From a virus (Duplodnaviria; Heunggongvirae; Uroviricota; Caudoviricetes): 64,000 bases of DNA. Numbering within the stretch: position 1 is the first letter of the stretch; every line of letters begins with the position of its first letter. The stretch is from positions 83,147 through 147,146 of the IMG/VR virus record IMGVR_UViG_3300020048_000032. One strand, given 5' to 3'. The translations under genes and the position numbers were made by a program. Shown here piece by piece: positions 45,059-55,030 of the stretch. The notes beneath the pieces were generated by a model that did not search any database, was not told where the DNA came from, and saw nothing but the letters and a program-made list of their open reading frames with translations.

Positions 45059-45814
45059 TTATACTTCCTCTACTAACTTTGAAGCCTTCTTAGCTGCCAT
45101 GCCCGCTTTAGTCTTTGCGGAGATAACTGCTTTCTCTTCTGGTGTTAATGGACGGCGTGCTTTATATGGAACTGTGGTTCCTTTGTTCCATGCAGGTGTA
45201 CCCTTCTTGCTATCGGAAATTTTCTGCTTCTGTTCATCTGTCATAGCGATACCTTTGTTAGGTGCTACGCGGCCTTTGCGCGCTGCAGATAACTTGGCTA
45301 ATGTTTCAGGGGAGGTCGGCTGACCTTTATTCCATGGCGTAGTGCCCTTCTTGGCGGCGCTCATTTTAGCGCGTGTTTCATCCGTCGGATGAGTACCTAA
45401 ACGGGCAGCTGACATCTTAGCCCGTGACTCATCAGTATATGTTGGATATTGTCCTCCAAGCGTTAGATTATATCCATACACTGGGTTGCTTGACTGATAC
45501 TCAGCAATTAATTTTATTTCTAATGTACAAGCATCTTCTTTTGATAATCCGCTCGCAAGAGTTTCATGACGTATATTTTCCCAGCCATACTTTTCTATTG
45601 CTCGTAGCATTAGAGGTTGTGCCCATTTGTGATAATGATTACCGTTGTTACCATAGCGGTGTTCTACAAGTTCGTTACCAGTTATTCCAATGTACACCTT
45701 GCCATTTGGAAAGGTATGTTTGTAAACATGAAATGTCTTTATAGGTTTGCTAGGCAATTCTTCATTTTCAGAAGATTTATTAATGTTTTTAATTGTATCC
45801 TTGAAAATTGACAT
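45059..45814 (-). mobile_element. Free-standing GIY-YIG homing endonuclease with NUMOD3 repeats
   Basis: VYKHTFPNGKVYIGIT, EIKLIAEY, GYNLTLGG; repeats DESRAKMSAA / DETRAKMSAA / ETLAKLSAA. Confidence 0.88.
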
Positions 45815-45863
45815 ATTGCCTCCTGACTTCTTTACTTAATGTACTTATATAAGGGCACTAAGT

Positions 45864-45898
45864 AAAGAAGAGCATCCACTCCGTGGAATGAATGCTCT
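45864..45898 (-). terminator. Rho-independent terminator after the major capsid gene
   Basis: Minus strand AGAGCAT...CCAC GGA GTGG ATGCTCT followed by TCTTTACTT. Confidence 0.7.
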
Positions 45899-45918
45899 AA
45901 TATTAAATGATTAAACTA

Positions 45919-47337
45919 CTAGGAACCGGAAACGGTTACTGTACCTTTTGAGTACAATTTGCCGTTGATTAGCTTCTTAGCGTAGGCTGTAGCATAGCCC
46001 TGAGCAACATTGAAGTTCTCGTAAGCTAGCAAGTCGGTTGTCATGATAGGCATGTAAGGAGCATAAACCATTCCGGCGTGGAACATGGAATCGCCCTTAT
46101 AACCTAAAACGTAACCAGCGCGGTTAGACAATACTGGTGTCTTGAAGACTTGGTAATTGCCCATTGTGCCGATGAAATGAGGACCATTGCCAGTTTGACC
46201 TGAAGCAACGAAGCCACGGTTGGCCAAGGATTCAACTACTGTGGAAGCATCCAAACCGAGAACAGCCCAAGTCGCAGTACCGAAACGTGTTTCTTCAAAG
46301 ATGTTGTTTGAAGCTTCATTGAATTTAACAACGAAACCTTCAAAGTGGTCCAAGGTAGAAACAGCATTAGGAACTGTTTTATTGAATGTGGTCGAGGTAG
46401 CGGTAGCGCCCTTAAACATATCTTCAATTAATTCGCCGTCGATTTCGTACTGTAAGAAGTTAGCGATTAAGCCAGCTGTTTCAGTTTCTGAATCGTAGCC
46501 GTATTGAATTTGGAAGTCATACATAGCATCGAATGCCATGATGGTTTTTAGCTTACGGCTTTGGGCCATAACTGGAATAGCAGTGATTGTCAAATAAACT
46601 TCAGGCGCTTCAACTGGAACAGTTAAATTGTCTTGGGAATAGGCAGCCAATACTAATGTAGGGGTCTGAGCATCGTCAAAATGAACAACGCCTGTAGAGT
46701 AATTTACATCACCTTTTACAGCGTTAGCAGCATTCAACAAATCGCCTTCACCATTGTCGTGGAATAATACGCCGTCAACGTCGACAACGATTGAACCTGC
46801 AACAACTGGTTTCCAATCTAAAGTAATAGTTTGTGGACTGGAAGCGTAAACAGCGGTTTCATTTGTGATTGCACTAGAAGTGTAATCGAATGAACCAGCA
46901 GCGCCACCAATACGTTGGTAAGAACTGAATGCGGTACCGGCTTGGATAGCGCCTTTAGTATTACCATACTTAACATCTAAGTAACGGATTTCCCCGATAC
47001 GAGCCTGTAAAGGTTGTACGGATACTAAATCATGCGCGATGAAATTCGGAACAGCTGCGGTAAGAATATTAATACCGTGTTTACGAATGAATGATACGTC
47101 TTGAGGTTGGGTAGCTTCATTTGCACTACGACCACCAATCTTTGTTACTGCGTCATAAGCTTCCGTACGACGAGAGAATGTTTCGAGTACTTGACTTAAA
47201 GTCGTTGCTCTCCAATCATCCATTTTATCCAAACCAGCGCCAACGCGTGCGTTGTCAACTGCCTGAACATTCTTGCTCCAACGGTCTTTGACTGCTTTTG
47301 CTTGAAGCTGCATAGCTTCTAATGAACTTGTTGCCAT
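45919..47337 (-). CDS. gp23: Major capsid protein (T4 gp23-like)
   Basis: AAVPNFIAHDLVSVQPL, AQSRKLK, LQYEIDGELI, GMVYAPYMPI...ATAYAKK; probable maturation site SANE/AT. Confidence 0.95.
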   Translation of the reverse strand: MATSSLEAMQLQAKAVKDRWSKNVQAVDNARVGAGLDKMDDWRATTLSQVLETFSRRTEAYDAVTKIGGRSANEATQPQDVSFIRKHGINILTAAVPNFIAHDLVSVQPLQARIGEIRYLDVKYGNTKGAIQAGTAFSSYQRIGGAAGSFDYTSSAITNETAVYASSPQTITLDWKPVVAGSIVVDVDGVLFHDNGEGDLLNAANAVKGDVNYSTGVVHFDDAQTPTLVLAAYSQDNLTVPVEAPEVYLTITAIPVMAQSRKLKTIMAFDAMYDFQIQYGYDSETETAGLIANFLQYEIDGELIEDMFKGATATSTTFNKTVPNAVSTLDHFEGFVVKFNEASNNIFEETRFGTATWAVLGLDASTVVESLANRGFVASGQTGNGPHFIGTMGNYQVFKTPVLSNRAGYVLGYKGDSMFHAGMVYAPYMPIMTTDLLAYENFNVAQGYATAYAKKLINGKLYSKGTVTVSGS

Positions 47338-47359
47338 TAATTAATTTCCTCCATATGGT

Positions 47360-49765
47360 TTATTTTCGTTTAGATACATTCTTGTAAGGCATCATTTTAG
47401 CTAGTCGCTGCTCATCTGATACGGCTAAGGCTGGTAGTTCATAATCTTTAGCACTTTCGGTAGCTGCCCGAATCGCTTCTTCATCTGAACTAAGTGTCAT
47501 TCCCATAATCGATTGCGCTTCAATAAGTTTTCTAATGCGACCATCTTTTCTACTTTCGGCAGAAAGACCGCTTAACTTATCGTTAGTATCTTTCAAGAGC
47601 TTGTTCTGTTTATCCAAAGAGTAAAGGTTAGTCTTTAGTTCTTGATTCGCAGATTCAAGGGCTTGGTAAGATTTGAATTGAGTTGCTGCTTCGGTGGCTG
47701 TGCGTTTTCTCGACTTATCAGACTCTGTAACCTTAACAGACAATTCTTTAATGAGAGCATCTTTCTTTGCTAGTGTCTCCATAGCAGATTCATAGTTAGA
47801 TTTTAATCTAGATGCAAGGATTTCCTTATCGTGTAGATAAGCTTGAGCCTCTAGTTTAGCTTCTGCCAACGCGACTTGTAGTTTCTCAACCTTATTTGTC
47901 GTGGACTTCACTATCTTTAAAGCGCTCTCAAGTGACGCGTTGTGCGGATTTTCTGTACCTTTTATGGACTTTTTAATCGGCTCAATCTTTTTGTCTTCTT
48001 GATTATATTCTGGCTTACCAGGTTCTTCACCTAATAGCTCCTTGTCTAGCTCTTTCATGTTCGTAATTGATGTCCCTTGTTTAACTAAAGGATTAGCATC
48101 ACTACGTAAACGCATAGTATTAATCATGGATAACATTGTATTAAATAATACAGTATCCTTATTGATAATAACTTTACCGTTAGGTGTCTTCTCAACGCCC
48201 TCTAATGATTCAATATACTTCGCAACGTCTTCTACAGTTTTAATGTTATCGAATGATTCTAAGAAAGATTTCTTTTTCTTATCGTCTGGATTCATAGGGT
48301 CGCCTATCATATTGACGGAACTCTTCATTCCACCTTGAATATCATCTGACTGTGTAACACCGTCGGCAGCATCTTCTAACGTAGACTTAACGTCCTTGTT
48401 ATCCTTTGCTTTATTTTTCTTTACAACGATTTTCTTTTTCGATGTAGTTTTAATAATCTTAGGAGCAGCCTCTTCTTTTACTACTGCTTCAGGTTCTTCT
48501 GGTGCAATAGGTTCTACGGGTTCTGTAGGTTTAACTTCTGTATCTAATTCTTTTCTCACGATAGCGTCACCTTGTGCCCAATCCCAGATTGCATCCTGAT
48601 AGAATTGCTTAGCAATATCCATCGCTTCCTGATAATCTGCTACATGGAAGCTTAATTCTTTTGTCCCACCCCATGAACCTAAGTACACAGGAGAGTCTGT
48701 ACGTGCGATTAATTCTTTTACAATATCACTATACTGGTCGGATGTATATGTGTCACCTGGACGTTCAAATGAGACCTGGTAGCCATCTGTAAAGTTAACA
48801 GGTTGTCCTGTTGTTAAATCGTAAGTACCGTCTTCATCTACATTGAATTTTTCTTTTTGTGTTTGATAAGAGTCCAGTATAGCACCTTCAGATTCGAGTT
48901 CTTTCTCTAGAACCGCTCCTGCAACTTTGTCTGAGTCTATCACATCGTTATCTTTTTCTACTGGCTTGTCTTCCTTAGGTTCTTCCTTAGGAGCTTCATC
49001 GCGTTTAGTTAATTCTTGTACAGCCTTCTGAATTTCAGGGTCTTCCTTCATTTCACTGTCTGTCTTAAGACTTGTTGCGATAGCCTCTAATGCAGCAACT
49101 GACGCATCATCTTTAATCTCTGCGGCTGCAGCAATAGTTGTTTCCAACTCATTGAGCGACTCTAGGATTAATTTTGCTTTACGTTCTGGTGCAAGTGATT
49201 CTGTAACAGTATCTAATCTAGCACCCATGATTCCAGGTAATGCAACCAAGTCAAAGGTAACCAGGTAATAATTATCTGGATTCATTTCGTTAGATTTTGC
49301 ATTATACTTGTTGTCGTCCATAACAATACCTCTTGAAGAAATACCCAACTTACTTCCATATTTAATGAGAGTGTTCGCAATCTTTCCTGAAGGTGTATCC
49401 AAAATATCTATTGTACCGATGAGGTCTTGCGACTGTTCATCGAACTCTAATTTTGTAATGTTATGTGATACGTTCTGCATTTGAAGTTCACTTAAGAATT
49501 CAGCAGCACGCGGCGGATGAGATAACTCTCCATAGAATGTCTTTGTCTCTAACATTTCTTTAACGCGGTCTGACGCAACTACTGACCTCCATAGGTCGGG
49601 AGTATACGTACGGTCATTGCGACTTGGTTCTGCTGAAGTTGAGAACTTACCGCCTATTGTAGCTAGCACTCCACTCTTAGAGGACTCTTCGTGTGAGACC
49701 ACATCTAAACTACCTAGCATGTCGTTCTGTTCAAACCCTACTGGTAATTTTTTAATATCTGGCAT
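47360..49765 (-). CDS. gp21: Prohead protease (T4 gp21-like, peptidase S77/U9) fused to scaffold/core domain
   Basis: SRNDRTY...FYGELSHP...VSHNI...ILDTPSGKI...LGISSRG...FDLVALPG; C-terminal coiled coil; directly upstream of the capsid gene. Confidence 0.92.
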   Translation of the reverse strand: MPDIKKLPVGFEQNDMLGSLDVVSHEESSKSGVLATIGGKFSTSAEPSRNDRTYTPDLWRSVVASDRVKEMLETKTFYGELSHPPRAAEFLSELQMQNVSHNITKLEFDEQSQDLIGTIDILDTPSGKIANTLIKYGSKLGISSRGIVMDDNKYNAKSNEMNPDNYYLVTFDLVALPGIMGARLDTVTESLAPERKAKLILESLNELETTIAAAAEIKDDASVAALEAIATSLKTDSEMKEDPEIQKAVQELTKRDEAPKEEPKEDKPVEKDNDVIDSDKVAGAVLEKELESEGAILDSYQTQKEKFNVDEDGTYDLTTGQPVNFTDGYQVSFERPGDTYTSDQYSDIVKELIARTDSPVYLGSWGGTKELSFHVADYQEAMDIAKQFYQDAIWDWAQGDAIVRKELDTEVKPTEPVEPIAPEEPEAVVKEEAAPKIIKTTSKKKIVVKKNKAKDNKDVKSTLEDAADGVTQSDDIQGGMKSSVNMIGDPMNPDDKKKKSFLESFDNIKTVEDVAKYIESLEGVEKTPNGKVIINKDTVLFNTMLSMINTMRLRSDANPLVKQGTSITNMKELDKELLGEEPGKPEYNQEDKKIEPIKKSIKGTENPHNASLESALKIVKSTTNKVEKLQVALAEAKLEAQAYLHDKEILASRLKSNYESAMETLAKKDALIKELSVKVTESDKSRKRTATEAATQFKSYQALESANQELKTNLYSLDKQNKLLKDTNDKLSGLSAESRKDGRIRKLIEAQSIMGMTLSSDEEAIRAATESAKDYELPALAVSDEQRLAKMMPYKNVSKRK

Positions 49766-49782
49766 ATTCTACCTCCTTGTAT

Positions 49783-50061
49783 TTAATTACTCTTCTTTAT
49801 AATAATATGTAAGTCTTCTCCTCGATGGAAATATACATCGTAGGCAAAAATATCATTCTCTATAAAGTCTTCTTTTATTTCGTTATCACCAAAAGTATTA
49901 CATATTTCTTTTAAATGAGAATATACTTCTTCAAACGAAGGATGTGTTACTTCTTCGATAACTTCATCTTCGCCTTCATAATCTGCCTGGTACAACGTAC
50001 CAGACCATGAGGATGAGGGCTGTGCCATAGCTTCTGTTATACTTCTAATTAAACTTTTCAT
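49783..50061 (-). CDS. Small acidic protein with SITEA leader
   Basis: ORF track; AAAGGAG RBS. Confidence 0.65.
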   Translation of the reverse strand: MKSLIRSITEAMAQPSSSWSGTLYQADYEGEDEVIEEVTHPSFEEVYSHLKEICNTFGDNEIKEDFIENDIFAYDVYFHRGEDLHIIIKKSN

Positions 50062-52604
50062 AGTTCTCCTTTTATGTAGGACACTATTGTGTCCGCTGCT
50101 TTCTGTGCAGCCTGACCTCTTAGTGGATAGAGCGTGCGTACTATTTTATTCCGCATGTCTTGCCAGTCTGTTGGGTCCTTAAGCATTTTTAATATTGTCT
50201 TATATAAGTCCTTAGGGTCGTCGACTTGTGGTCCCGGGATATAATCCCAGAAGCGTATCCCAAGTCGCATTCCTTTACGGTACCACGGTGCGTTCAGTAC
50301 AATGACTGGACGGCCTGTGGCGGCAAATTCATAGATGGTAGAGCTGTTGTCGCAAATATATACATCTGCTTGCTCGAAGACATCTTTTAAATTCTTTACT
50401 CGTGTTATTTTATATTTTGCACAGACTTCATCCCAGTGTTTATCTTCTCTAGGGTGTCCGTGAAATATCAAATTAAAATCATCGCTTGCTGCAAGTGTAT
50501 GCAATATAGACTCGTAATGCGGAAATGCACTTCTAGTTTCAGGTGCTACTTCACAATTCCAATGGAAGGACAGACAAACTGTCTTCTTGTCTTTCTTCAT
50601 AGGAATATTTGGTTCTACATTATCTAACTTAGGTGTGCCTACAATAACTTGTTTAGCTTTAGGATATGTCGCAGCGTTCTTATTCTGAATCATTTGATGT
50701 GGATTTAAGAATAGCACTACACGGTCTTTTCCTGGACCACCTGCATAATAAGGATTGTCGTTACCATACGTATTGCCTATCCCGTGGTCCATCCAAATAA
50801 CTGGGCCTACCGTTTGCATGTAATCATCATACGCTGCAACCAAGGTTAACCCAGGTCGTGGCATCGTGTGTACAACCGGTATATGAGCTGCTTTAGCTCG
50901 CTCTGCGCAATCTGGATTGATATAGAATATTCCACGATACTCCTCAGGCAATGCTTGCCATACTGGAATCATGTGGTCTATATACTGTACTGCTTGCGCA
51001 TAAAAGTTTACTTTTTGAAAGTGTGTTTGTTCTGCTGAGATGATATCCTCCCAAAGTTTTACACTTGCTGCATTCTTACTATCATCGTAATATACTGCAT
51101 GTGTTCTTTTTACTGGGATGAACTCATCTATCCATTGGTCAAAGCCTTCTATGAACTGGTCTTGTGCAGTTTCATAGTGACTAAAGATAACTGGTGTACC
51201 TAGTATATGTGCTTCCTCGGTCGCTAAGCCGTAGAGCTCATGGTCCGAGAAACTGCATAAATAATCCGCTGCCTTAATACAGGGGAAAGGATTCTCTTTC
51301 TCTCCTATGAAGGTCACACGGTCACCCAGTGCTGCAGATACTTCATCTTGAAGGTGTTTGTCTGCTGTATTGAATGGACTGCCTACGATAACTAGTTTGT
51401 TCTTTAAGTTATATTCTCTAGACATAAATTCAATTGCTTTGTCAAAACCTTTTTCAATTGAGATTCTACATACCATCAAATAGGTAATGTTGTTATCTTC
51501 AACAACATTAAAGCGTTCACATGGTTCAGTTGCAAGTGCATTTATCGCATTTATATCAACAGCATTTGTTATTATTGTAGAATTTAATCCAACATCCATT
51601 AATTTATCCTTATGCCATTTACTTTGTGCGATAATAACATTGTTTGCATTGAATAGGTTTGCAATTTCTATTGGTATATTTGAATAGAGTGCGTGGATAG
51701 TTTTATTTGCTTTAACGAAAGACAAGTTAAGTTTTGTATATGTACAATTGATTAATGCATCACAGACAAATATCTTAGACTGATTATCCTTAACAAGTTC
51801 TACATCGCATAACTTTCTATACTTGTCCATCATCTTCTTAGATGATTTAATATTATCCTCATATAATAATTTAATATCGTACTTGCCTGTTCTAAGTAAG
51901 AACCATATAATATTATAGACAACAGTTTCCATACCGCCCATAACAAATCGTGGGCTGTAGAAGATAAGTTTAACTAACTTCTGTTCCTTTGCCGTAAATC
52001 CTGCCGTAGCTCTTTCGGTTAAACTTCCCGGTCGGTCATTACGGTAGAGATATATTGTAGGGGTGATATATCCTATAATATGTTTATCTGTTATGTTATC
52101 CTCTATAAATTGTTTATCCTCTGCCCAAGACTTATCTTCGTTGAAGGTATGCTTGATGATACTTCGTTTCCATATCCTACACCACACTGCCGTATTCCAT
52201 GCAGGTAGATTGTCTGACTTGTATTCGAAGTGATTTGCACACGTCGTCTTCCAACTGATTAGGAAGATGTCATTCTTTCTAGGCAGGTTATTTAATATAA
52301 CTTTAATGTAGTCTGTAGTAACTTCATCATCACCGTCGATGAAGGCAACGTAGTTACCTGTCGCTAATGCTAGTCCAGCATTTCTGGAATAGCTTACACC
52401 TTTGTTAATGTCGTTTACAACTACCTTACATTTCTTATTGTGAACAAACATACATTGATTTATTTTATCTACTGTTCTATCTGTAGAGTAATCGTCTATA
52501 ATAATCAATTCACATTTACTTGTAAGCTGCGGAAGAATAGAACACAGACAACGACTAATATAATTCTCGAGATTATACGAAGTAACTATAATACTCAAGT
52601 CCAT
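50058..52604 (-). CDS. Three-domain glycosyltransferase: GT2 (GT-A) + GT4-like (GT-B) + CDP-glycerol glycerophosphotransferase-like domain
   Basis: SIIVTSYN...IIIDDYSTD...SRNAGL...AFIDGDD; CRISIEKG...VIVG...FIGEKENPF...ELYGLATEEAHILGTPVI; FHGHP...ADVYICDNSSTIYEFAATGRPVI. Confidence 0.88.
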   Translation of the reverse strand: MDLSIIVTSYNLENYISRCLCSILPQLTSKCELIIIDDYSTDRTVDKINQCMFVHNKKCKVVVNDINKGVSYSRNAGLALATGNYVAFIDGDDEVTTDYIKVILNNLPRKNDIFLISWKTTCANHFEYKSDNLPAWNTAVWCRIWKRSIIKHTFNEDKSWAEDKQFIEDNITDKHIIGYITPTIYLYRNDRPGSLTERATAGFTAKEQKLVKLIFYSPRFVMGGMETVVYNIIWFLLRTGKYDIKLLYEDNIKSSKKMMDKYRKLCDVELVKDNQSKIFVCDALINCTYTKLNLSFVKANKTIHALYSNIPIEIANLFNANNVIIAQSKWHKDKLMDVGLNSTIITNAVDINAINALATEPCERFNVVEDNNITYLMVCRISIEKGFDKAIEFMSREYNLKNKLVIVGSPFNTADKHLQDEVSAALGDRVTFIGEKENPFPCIKAADYLCSFSDHELYGLATEEAHILGTPVIFSHYETAQDQFIEGFDQWIDEFIPVKRTHAVYYDDSKNAASVKLWEDIISAEQTHFQKVNFYAQAVQYIDHMIPVWQALPEEYRGIFYINPDCAERAKAAHIPVVHTMPRPGLTLVAAYDDYMQTVGPVIWMDHGIGNTYGNDNPYYAGGPGKDRVVLFLNPHQMIQNKNAATYPKAKQVIVGTPKLDNVEPNIPMKKDKKTVCLSFHWNCEVAPETRSAFPHYESILHTLAASDDFNLIFHGHPREDKHWDEVCAKYKITRVKNLKDVFEQADVYICDNSSTIYEFAATGRPVIVLNAPWYRKGMRLGIRFWDYIPGPQVDDPKDLYKTILKMLKDPTDWQDMRNKIVRTLYPLRGQAAQKAADTIVSYIKGEL

Positions 52605-52616
52605 GTTCTACCTCCT

Positions 52617-53504
52617 TTAATAATTATTTATAAAATTAATTAACTCTTGTGCTAGTTTACTAGGTAATCCTAACACTTGAACTTCTTGAATCTCTTCTAT
52701 AATATCTTCTTTTTGACCTACTGAAGCTCCACGAGAACTTAATGCTTTCTCTTTATCCTCTGTAGAATCCATAATAACAAACTTCCAAAGATTTGCCGTG
52801 TACTTATTAACAAGGTAAGTCTCATTATCGTATTCAACACTATGTTCTACTAGAGGAGCAGATTGACTTCCACCTGTTATAACTAATTGATTCCTATTAT
52901 TAGTAGATATGAATTGTGCAACACGGAGTTCACCCCTTAGTTCTGGGAATTTTTGTTCTGCTTCGCGAAGGTATATTTTTGCACTAGACTCAAAGTCAAA
53001 TTCATAGAAAGGGTCAGGGGCATATATGGTCCCATTCATCATTACTACATACCATGAGCCTATAGTTAAATCTGAGTTGTCTATATCCTCAGTAACCATT
53101 CTATCTCTTGCGTCATTACCAAAGTCGAATGGCGTTGGGTCGCTAGCATGAATGAATCCTACGAAGCGATTTGTTATCTCTTCGTCTAATGCATCGGTGC
53201 GCTCTAGTTCGGTAAGCTGTCGAAGTATTTCATCCCATATCTCACCACGTGTTGACCAACCACTTGTTTCGCTATCTTCATCGAAGACGGCTAAGCTCCA
53301 GTCATTGTCACCATGCTTAAAGATACTATAGTATGTACCAGTAGCTGTATCTTGCAATACATAAAGAGGTTCATCCATCACAGGACCCTCAGGGTCCTCG
53401 TAGTATACATGAAGTGTCCGTGGGTCTATCTCTTGAATAGCTTCCTTGATTGCAATCGGTTTAGCACTTAAGTTCTCTAAAATTAATTTACTTTGTTTTT
53501 GCAT
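52617..53504 (-). CDS. Acidic hypothetical protein with LILEN/IKEA leader
   Basis: ORF track 52617..53558; ATG at 53504 (MQKQSKLILENLS) follows GGAG. Confidence 0.7.
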   Translation of the reverse strand: MQKQSKLILENLSAKPIAIKEAIQEIDPRTLHVYYEDPEGPVMDEPLYVLQDTATGTYYSIFKHGDNDWSLAVFDEDSETSGWSTRGEIWDEILRQLTELERTDALDEEITNRFVGFIHASDPTPFDFGNDARDRMVTEDIDNSDLTIGSWYVVMMNGTIYAPDPFYEFDFESSAKIYLREAEQKFPELRGELRVAQFISTNNRNQLVITGGSQSAPLVEHSVEYDNETYLVNKYTANLWKFVIMDSTEDKEKALSSRGASVGQKEDIIEEIQEVQVLGLPSKLAQELINFINNY

Positions 53505-55029
53505 TTGTATCACACTCCGCAAGAACTTTGAAGATATCAAATGGGAATAGTTCTCCAACTACTTCTTGGCTAATATACCACTGAGGTACCTCACCATCCC
53601 AAGTATCGCCTACAACGTCTGAACCATGTTCACGTAAATTTACGATGTGTTGTTTCAAATTTGCTAACGCGGATTCTAAGTTAAAGGTTTCTTCATCCCA
53701 GATATTGTTTGTTAAATAAGTGTCTGGGTTAGGTAATATCTCTTCTTCATACCAGTCTGCTAGTTTATCTGCGGGCCCAGCATGATATTCATGCGTCATG
53801 TAATGGTCGTAAATAAACATATTGTCTGAATCGTTTGCTTTGTATAAGTCGGCCTCCGGACAATTCCAAGCCTTCACGAAGAAAGCATTTAGTTCCTCTT
53901 GTGGCATAGCATTTATTTGTTCTACAGACGCGTACTCATCTTCCTCAGAATCTAGCATGTCTACTGCTTCTGTCGCAGGCTGAAAGCCCTCTCCGTTTTC
54001 TCTAAGCCACTCTTCTATTTCCACGTCGTTCATACCACCTGATTTAAGAATAGATGTAATCTGTTCTATCATCTGTGCATGTTCTTGTGCGCTTGATTCA
54101 TCGGAATCATCTTGAGCTGTATCGTTACCTGAGTAGGTAGTTATGTAGTAATCGTCGATGGTCTCTTCATCTGCAAGCTCATCGATTAATTGATTTGCTT
54201 GTAAGTGTTCTAAGAAGTCTGGCATATAGTTAGCTCTAACGTATTCAACGAGTGCTATATGTCTGTTGTACTCTTCCTTCGGCCCAGCAGCATCTTCTGG
54301 GTCGAACGCAGGGAACTCCCCATCCATGTTGCTGTCTGCTTGGTTATCTTCTAGTTCACGTTCTGTTTCGTGTTCTGGGTTAGGAAGTTTTCTAATTGGG
54401 AAATCTCTATATTCATTTACACTTTCACTTGCTGTAAATGTATCTATAACTTCACCGCTATCTTCGTAGTTGATGTCGTCCTTGTCCAATCTAATTTCAT
54501 GGTATTGAGATGTCCCGTCTATGATTTCTCTACGCAACACTTCAAAACGTGCGCGAGCTTCCTCTAAGGTTTCAAAGTCTTCCCATAAAGTATCAGCATC
54601 ATCTGTAATTGTATAGATGATATTCATTGGCTCTGCGGGTTGTTCATCTTCATTTTCAAACCCGGATGAAAGTCCTTCGTTAACAGCACTGCCCATTTTA
54701 GTAAAAGCTTCTTGCAGTGCTTCGTAATCTTCCTGTAAACTTTCTTCTAGGCTAGCCAACTTCTGTCGCATAGACGCTTCGAGTTCTTCATCGGACTCTT
54801 GCTGCGGTTCTTGCTCTGGCATTTCTGGCTCTGGGATATCTACTGTCTCAGCAACATCCTCTTCAAAGTCTGGCATATCATCTTCACGGACATCCGGTAC
54901 CATTAATTCAAATTTAAAATTAGAAGCACTTTCAGCACCATCTAAGTTCTGTTTTAGGGCAGCAGGTATCCATTGTTTTGGGTGACCGTCTTCCACCTCC
55001 AGCAAAAACGAAACTGTGTATTTTTTCAT
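53488..55029 (-). CDS. Highly acidic hypothetical protein
   Basis: ORF track; very E/D-rich; internal LEES/LQEA/VNEG/ATEA/LESA motifs. Confidence 0.75.
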   Translation of the reverse strand: MKKYTVSFLLEVEDGHPKQWIPAALKQNLDGAESASNFKFELMVPDVREDDMPDFEEDVAETVDIPEPEMPEQEPQQESDEELEASMRQKLASLEESLQEDYEALQEAFTKMGSAVNEGLSSGFENEDEQPAEPMNIIYTITDDADTLWEDFETLEEARARFEVLRREIIDGTSQYHEIRLDKDDINYEDSGEVIDTFTASESVNEYRDFPIRKLPNPEHETERELEDNQADSNMDGEFPAFDPEDAAGPKEEYNRHIALVEYVRANYMPDFLEHLQANQLIDELADEETIDDYYITTYSGNDTAQDDSDESSAQEHAQMIEQITSILKSGGMNDVEIEEWLRENGEGFQPATEAVDMLDSEEDEYASVEQINAMPQEELNAFFVKAWNCPEADLYKANDSDNMFIYDHYMTHEYHAGPADKLADWYEEEILPNPDTYLTNNIWDEETFNLESALANLKQHIVNLREHGSDVVGDTWDGEVPQWYISQEVVGELFPFDIFKVLAECDTNAKTK

Positions 55030-55030
55030 A

